Source: a virus. From it: DNA of 64,000 bases. Positions 60,413 through 64,000 of this stretch are shown one piece after another. Every line of letters starts with the position of its first letter. The stretch's first letter is position 1. Where the stretch lies: IMG/VR virus record IMGVR_UViG_3300027754_000044; one strand, given 5' to 3'. Both the position numbers and the translations under genes were made by a program. A model generated the notes under the pieces. It had not been told where the DNA came from. It ran no database searches and worked only from the letters and a program-made list of their open reading frames with translations.

Positions 60413-63373
60413 TTACGATCCCCAATACATTTGTGCATTTGCTGTCGTTGGTATGTAATCTGACGTTAGAGTCAAGAAGCTATTGGAGTAGATTGTTGCA
60501 ACAGTATAGAGAGTTGTATTTGCGCCGCCAACTATCGCTGGTATAATCTTCACTATTGTTGAAGATACAATTGTGCCATTTCCAAAGTTTCCATTCGCTT
60601 GACGATCTAGATTACGTCCTCTATCAGGAGGAGTTACTAGAACAAGTCTTGGGATTCCGTTCAAATCAGTCATAGTTTGAAGCTGAACAGCTTTGAATAT
60701 ATTCACAGTATCCGTGCTAAACGCAGATATCTGTGTATTGCCATATACAACTCTTACATATCCATCAGGTTGTCCAGTCGTTGTTGCAAGTTTAAATATC
60801 AGAGCGGTTTGTCTATCGGAAACCAATCCAGCAGTTTCTAATATAGAAGCAGGTCCAGTATATACAGCTATCTGCGAATCTGTTGCTGTTCCGCTTGTTT
60901 CTAGAATAGAACCAGGACCAGTATACACGGCTGTTTCTAGATCATCAGGTGTAGAAGCTTCTAGAATAGAACCTGGACCAGTATACACAGCTGTTTCTAG
61001 ATCAGCAGGTGTAGAATCTTCGGAAACTGATGCTAATGAATTCCACTGAGCTATTTCTAGATCAGCAGGTGTAGAAGTTTCGGAAACTGATGCTAATGAA
61101 TTCCACTGAGCTGTTTCTAGATCAACTATTGTTCCTCCCGTTTCTAGAACAGAACCAATTCGATTGGACGAAGCTGTTTCTAGATCATCAGGTGTAGAAG
61201 CTTCTAGAATAGAACCTGGACCAGTATACACAGCTGTTTCTAGATCATCAGGTATAGAAGCTTCTAGAATAGAACCTGGACCAGTATACACAGCTGTTTC
61301 TCTGTCGACCGGAGTTCCACCGGATTCTTGAAGAACGACATCTTTCGTTACAATTGACACGAAAATGTCAGCAGGGGTAGAAGTTTCATAAATAGACGCA
61401 ACCACGTTAATTCCACCAATGAAGCTATCTGTTGGAGTAATTGATTCTATTAGTGGTTTATAGAAAGCTGAATCAGAACGCTCTCGTTGAATGTAAGATA
61501 CGAAATTTGTGTCAAATTTTTCTTCAATCAAATCATCAGAATTTTGAGCAATTAAAGCGTCGCCCGAATCATCTTCTAGTAAAAATCTAGCAACTGGATT
61601 TTCTATGCGTAAATATCCCGTGTTATCTTCTAGCATATACGGTAAGAAATTATCTTGGAATATTGATTGTGGAACAGAAGATGCAACAGTGACTTGCATA
61701 TTTGGTACAGAAGTTATCTCATATGTCCCAAACATTTTCGTTCCAGCAGGGTGCAAAAGATTTTGCACTACGTCACGATATTTGTCAACTAGAACAGATG
61801 ATTTTATTGCATATGAAAATTCCTGATAATAATCACTATCCTGAATTTTATTATTCCAGCTTAAAAATCCTTTCGTGCCTAAATATCGCCCGGTAAGTGT
61901 TCTAATACCAGAAACAGATGTAACAAAAGTGTTTCCGTTATATACTCTATTTAATACGTGTCTTTTAATTCCAGGCGGTGTAGAAGTATCTGTGGTTGTT
62001 GTGTTTGCCAAATTGCTAACAGAATTTCCAGATCTTGAATTTGTTATATTTACTTTTTCGCCAAGAATAAAATCAGTTCCTGCCGAAGTGATTGTAATAC
62101 CAGTGATTGTGCCAGGAGCGCGATCTACCGCGATTACGGCATCGTTTCCACGAATCGCTGTATTTGATTGATATGCAATATCTTGATCCACAACAGTAAC
62201 TGTTGGAAATGTATCATAACCAAAACCTGGTGATATGATAGAGATAGCATTAATCGATCCAATGGTAACTGGACCAACTTTTAATGCTTTATTTAATCTG
62301 CTATACACATTAGCTACTGCAATATTTGAACTTAATATTGCAGAATTTGTTCCAAGAGAACCAAAGCTCAGGCCTACGTTTGATGTTGGTAAGTTTCCAT
62401 TCAATACTACATTTCTAACAGGACCAATTGTATCACTAAACATTGTGATTGTTGATGTGTTAGAAAGAGAAACAACTTCAAGTATCGGAGTGACTACTGG
62501 AACTGTTGAAGAAATTGTACCAAACGTAAATCTTGAGTTAACTCCAGTTCTATATCCAGTTCCGCCCTTACTAATTCTAAACGTCAGAGAGCCTGGAGTA
62601 TTTTCAATTGATGATACGAGTCCTTCTGCAACTGAGCCGCTGGTTGTTCCGACTAATGATAGTGAATCTCCTTTAACATTAAAAGCTCCACCATTGGTTA
62701 TTGTTTGAGAAGTGAGACCCCCAATTCCGGCTCGAACTGTAACAGTGTTTCCAAATCCATCAGAAACGATTTCTTTATCTAAGAACGTTCCAGAAGTGTT
62801 TTCTACCGTTAATGTAAATACTTCTATGCCTAAATTAATTGTAGTAAGAATTCCCTGAACACGTCCAATAGCTCCAGAAGTCTGCCCTGTCACTACTCTA
62901 CCGTCTAGATCAGTCAATATTCCAGTTCGCTTTTCAACAGTCAATACTGTTTCTCTAATCCACCGTCCGTCAGAAGCGCGAAGAACGTCTTCGCCTGGAT
63001 AATAAAAATTTACATCTGCGCCAAATAAAATATGAAATAAAAATTTGAATGATTTTTGAGATCCGCGAGAACGATAAAATTCACGAATATGTTTTACGAT
63101 AAGTCGTTTATCGGCCAGAGCTGTTTTTGGTATACTCAGTGCATATTGTTTTCTAAAATATTCTACGAATTCTGTAACGGTTCTATCTATGTCCTGATTA
63201 TCTTTAAGAGTTCGTATTGCATCTATTGATTTTCCAGATTGCTCCAAATACTCATAATACGCTTCCATAAAAGCAACAAATCGTGGTCCATTCTCACGAA
63301 TATATTCTGGAAATTGTTGTTCTACAAGAGGGGATATCTTCTTATAGACTTCATTTGCTCCGGATATAGCCAT
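60413..63373 (-). CDS. Baseplate wedge protein (gp7-like) with a repetitive C-terminal extension
   Basis: Q.PE, F..F.EAYYE.LE, K.I.EFY..RG...SF.FLF, LR.SDG.W, IQDS.YYQ.FSY, HPAG.K.FG. Confidence 0.8.
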   Translation of the reverse strand: MAISGANEVYKKISPLVEQQFPEYIRENGPRFVAFMEAYYEYLEQSGKSIDAIRTLKDNQDIDRTVTEFVEYFRKQYALSIPKTALADKRLIVKHIREFYRSRGSQKSFKFLFHILFGADVNFYYPGEDVLRASDGRWIRETVLTVEKRTGILTDLDGRVVTGQTSGAIGRVQGILTTINLGIEVFTLTVENTSGTFLDKEIVSDGFGNTVTVRAGIGGLTSQTITNGGAFNVKGDSLSLVGTTSGSVAEGLVSSIENTPGSLTFRISKGGTGYRTGVNSRFTFGTISSTVPVVTPILEVVSLSNTSTITMFSDTIGPVRNVVLNGNLPTSNVGLSFGSLGTNSAILSSNIAVANVYSRLNKALKVGPVTIGSINAISIISPGFGYDTFPTVTVVDQDIAYQSNTAIRGNDAVIAVDRAPGTITGITITSAGTDFILGEKVNITNSRSGNSVSNLANTTTTDTSTPPGIKRHVLNRVYNGNTFVTSVSGIRTLTGRYLGTKGFLSWNNKIQDSDYYQEFSYAIKSSVLVDKYRDVVQNLLHPAGTKMFGTYEITSVPNMQVTVASSVPQSIFQDNFLPYMLEDNTGYLRIENPVARFLLEDDSGDALIAQNSDDLIEEKFDTNFVSYIQRERSDSAFYKPLIESITPTDSFIGGINVVASIYETSTPADIFVSIVTKDVVLQESGGTPVDRETAVYTGPGSILEASIPDDLETAVYTGPGSILEASTPDDLETASSNRIGSVLETGGTIVDLETAQWNSLASVSETSTPADLEIAQWNSLASVSEDSTPADLETAVYTGPGSILEASTPDDLETAVYTGPGSILETSGTATDSQIAVYTGPASILETAGLVSDRQTALIFKLATTTGQPDGYVRVVYGNTQISAFSTDTVNIFKAVQLQTMTDLNGIPRLVLVTPPDRGRNLDRQANGNFGNGTIVSSTIVKIIPAIVGGANTTLYTVATIYSNSFLTLTSDYIPTTANAQMYWGS
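60830..61390. repeat. Degenerate ~60-bp (20-aa) coding tandem repeats
   Basis: ETAVYTGPGSILEASTPDDL and ETAQWNSLASVSETSTPADL units; GCTGTTTCTAGATCA recurs at about 60-bp spacing. Confidence 0.85.
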
Positions 63374-63374
63374 A

Positions 63375-64000
63375 TCAATATGTCACTAAACCAAGAGCTG
63401 ATGAGGTAACAGAACTTAATGAAGTTGTGGATCCAATAGTGTCGATTGATGTAATTATAGATTCAACTCTATTAGACTCGTCATTGACCACACGTATAGA
63501 AGCTCCATCGATCAATAAGATTTGATTTCTTATTGGAGCCACGTCTTCGTATACAGGTCGTGCATCTAATGCAATTTCTCCAAATATTTCTGATGGTAGA
63601 AAACTATAAATGTATACAACTCCTAATTCATAGTCTACTTCTCCCGCAGTAGAATTAGTGTATATTCTTTTTCCGCTAATCGGATCTTCATAATAAATCC
63701 TAAGAGTTCCAAAACCATCGTCATCAAAATATGAAACTCTATCTTTATAAGTAAATTGTGAAGAGGATACGTATCCATACAATAGATCAGTAATGACTTT
63801 TTTAGAATCTCCTAGTCTTCTAATTTGTTGATTGAACGACAAAACATAGTCGTCGGCTCTAACAATCGAAGGAGCAAATTTTCTTTGCATAAGAATTCCT
63901 GCCGTTGCGCCAACAATAGAAGATTCAGCATTTGATATGTAATCTAAAAATTTAGAAAATCTAAATTTTTTGGCAAATAAATTGAGATTGCTTGTTTCAT
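63375..64000 (-). CDS. gp6: Baseplate wedge subunit, C-terminal part (5' end outside the window)
   Basis: SS.F, DDG.G.LR.Y, G.VDY..G.V, P.RNQIL.ID; synteny gp6-gp7-gp8. Confidence 0.85.
   Translation of the reverse strand, partial: ETSNLNLFAKKFRFSKFLDYISNAESSIVGATAGILMQRKFAPSIVRADDYVLSFNQQIRRLGDSKKVITDLLYGYVSSSQFTYKDRVSYFDDDGFGTLRIYYEDPISGKRIYTNSTAGEVDYELGVVYIYSFLPSEIFGEIALDARPVYEDVAPIRNQILLIDGASIRVVNDESNRVESIITSIDTIGSTTSLSSVTSSALGLVTY

Noticed and set aside
60830-61390. Regularly spaced repeats resembling a CRISPR array
   Set aside because: Period is a multiple of 3, the 'spacers' are themselves repeated, the array lies in an open frame, and no cas genes are present

Overview
A 64-kb segment of a large, AT-rich T4-like myophage genome in the standard genetic code, almost entirely encoded on the minus strand. 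Gene content (Hsp20, CobS/CobT-like pair, peptide deformylase, 2OG-Fe(II) oxygenases, GH19 endolysin) suggests an aquatic phage of a Gram-negative host; this is inference. In transcription order (right to left) it holds: baseplate genes (gp6 partial, gp7-like, gp8), a DUF4815/VrlC-like protein split into two genes, a fibre/Gly-rich module, an AT-rich enzyme island (2OG oxygenases, three PP-loop ATP pyrophosphatase-like genes), gp13-gp20, a second fibre island, head genes (gp67-like, gp21, gp22, gp23), gp3, uvsY, uvsW, gp55, gp47, gp46, def, a dcm-like/cmoA-like pair, cobT/cobS, gp45, gp44, gp62, regA, hsp20 and a lysis cassette. I saw no tRNA, rRNA, CRISPR array, intron or transposase. Highlights: (1) a C5-cytosine MTase with the motif X Asn replaced by Arg, translationally coupled to a CmoA-like gene, predicting 5-carboxymethylcytosine DNA; (2) in-frame modules flanked by short direct repeats at Glu-rich, protease-site-like linkers in head-core proteins; (3) two near-identical sigma70 promoter elements firing antisense into late genes; (4) a ROSE-like thermometer on hsp20; (5) a possible virion-modification island. 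All calls come from motif recognition by eye; no searches were run.
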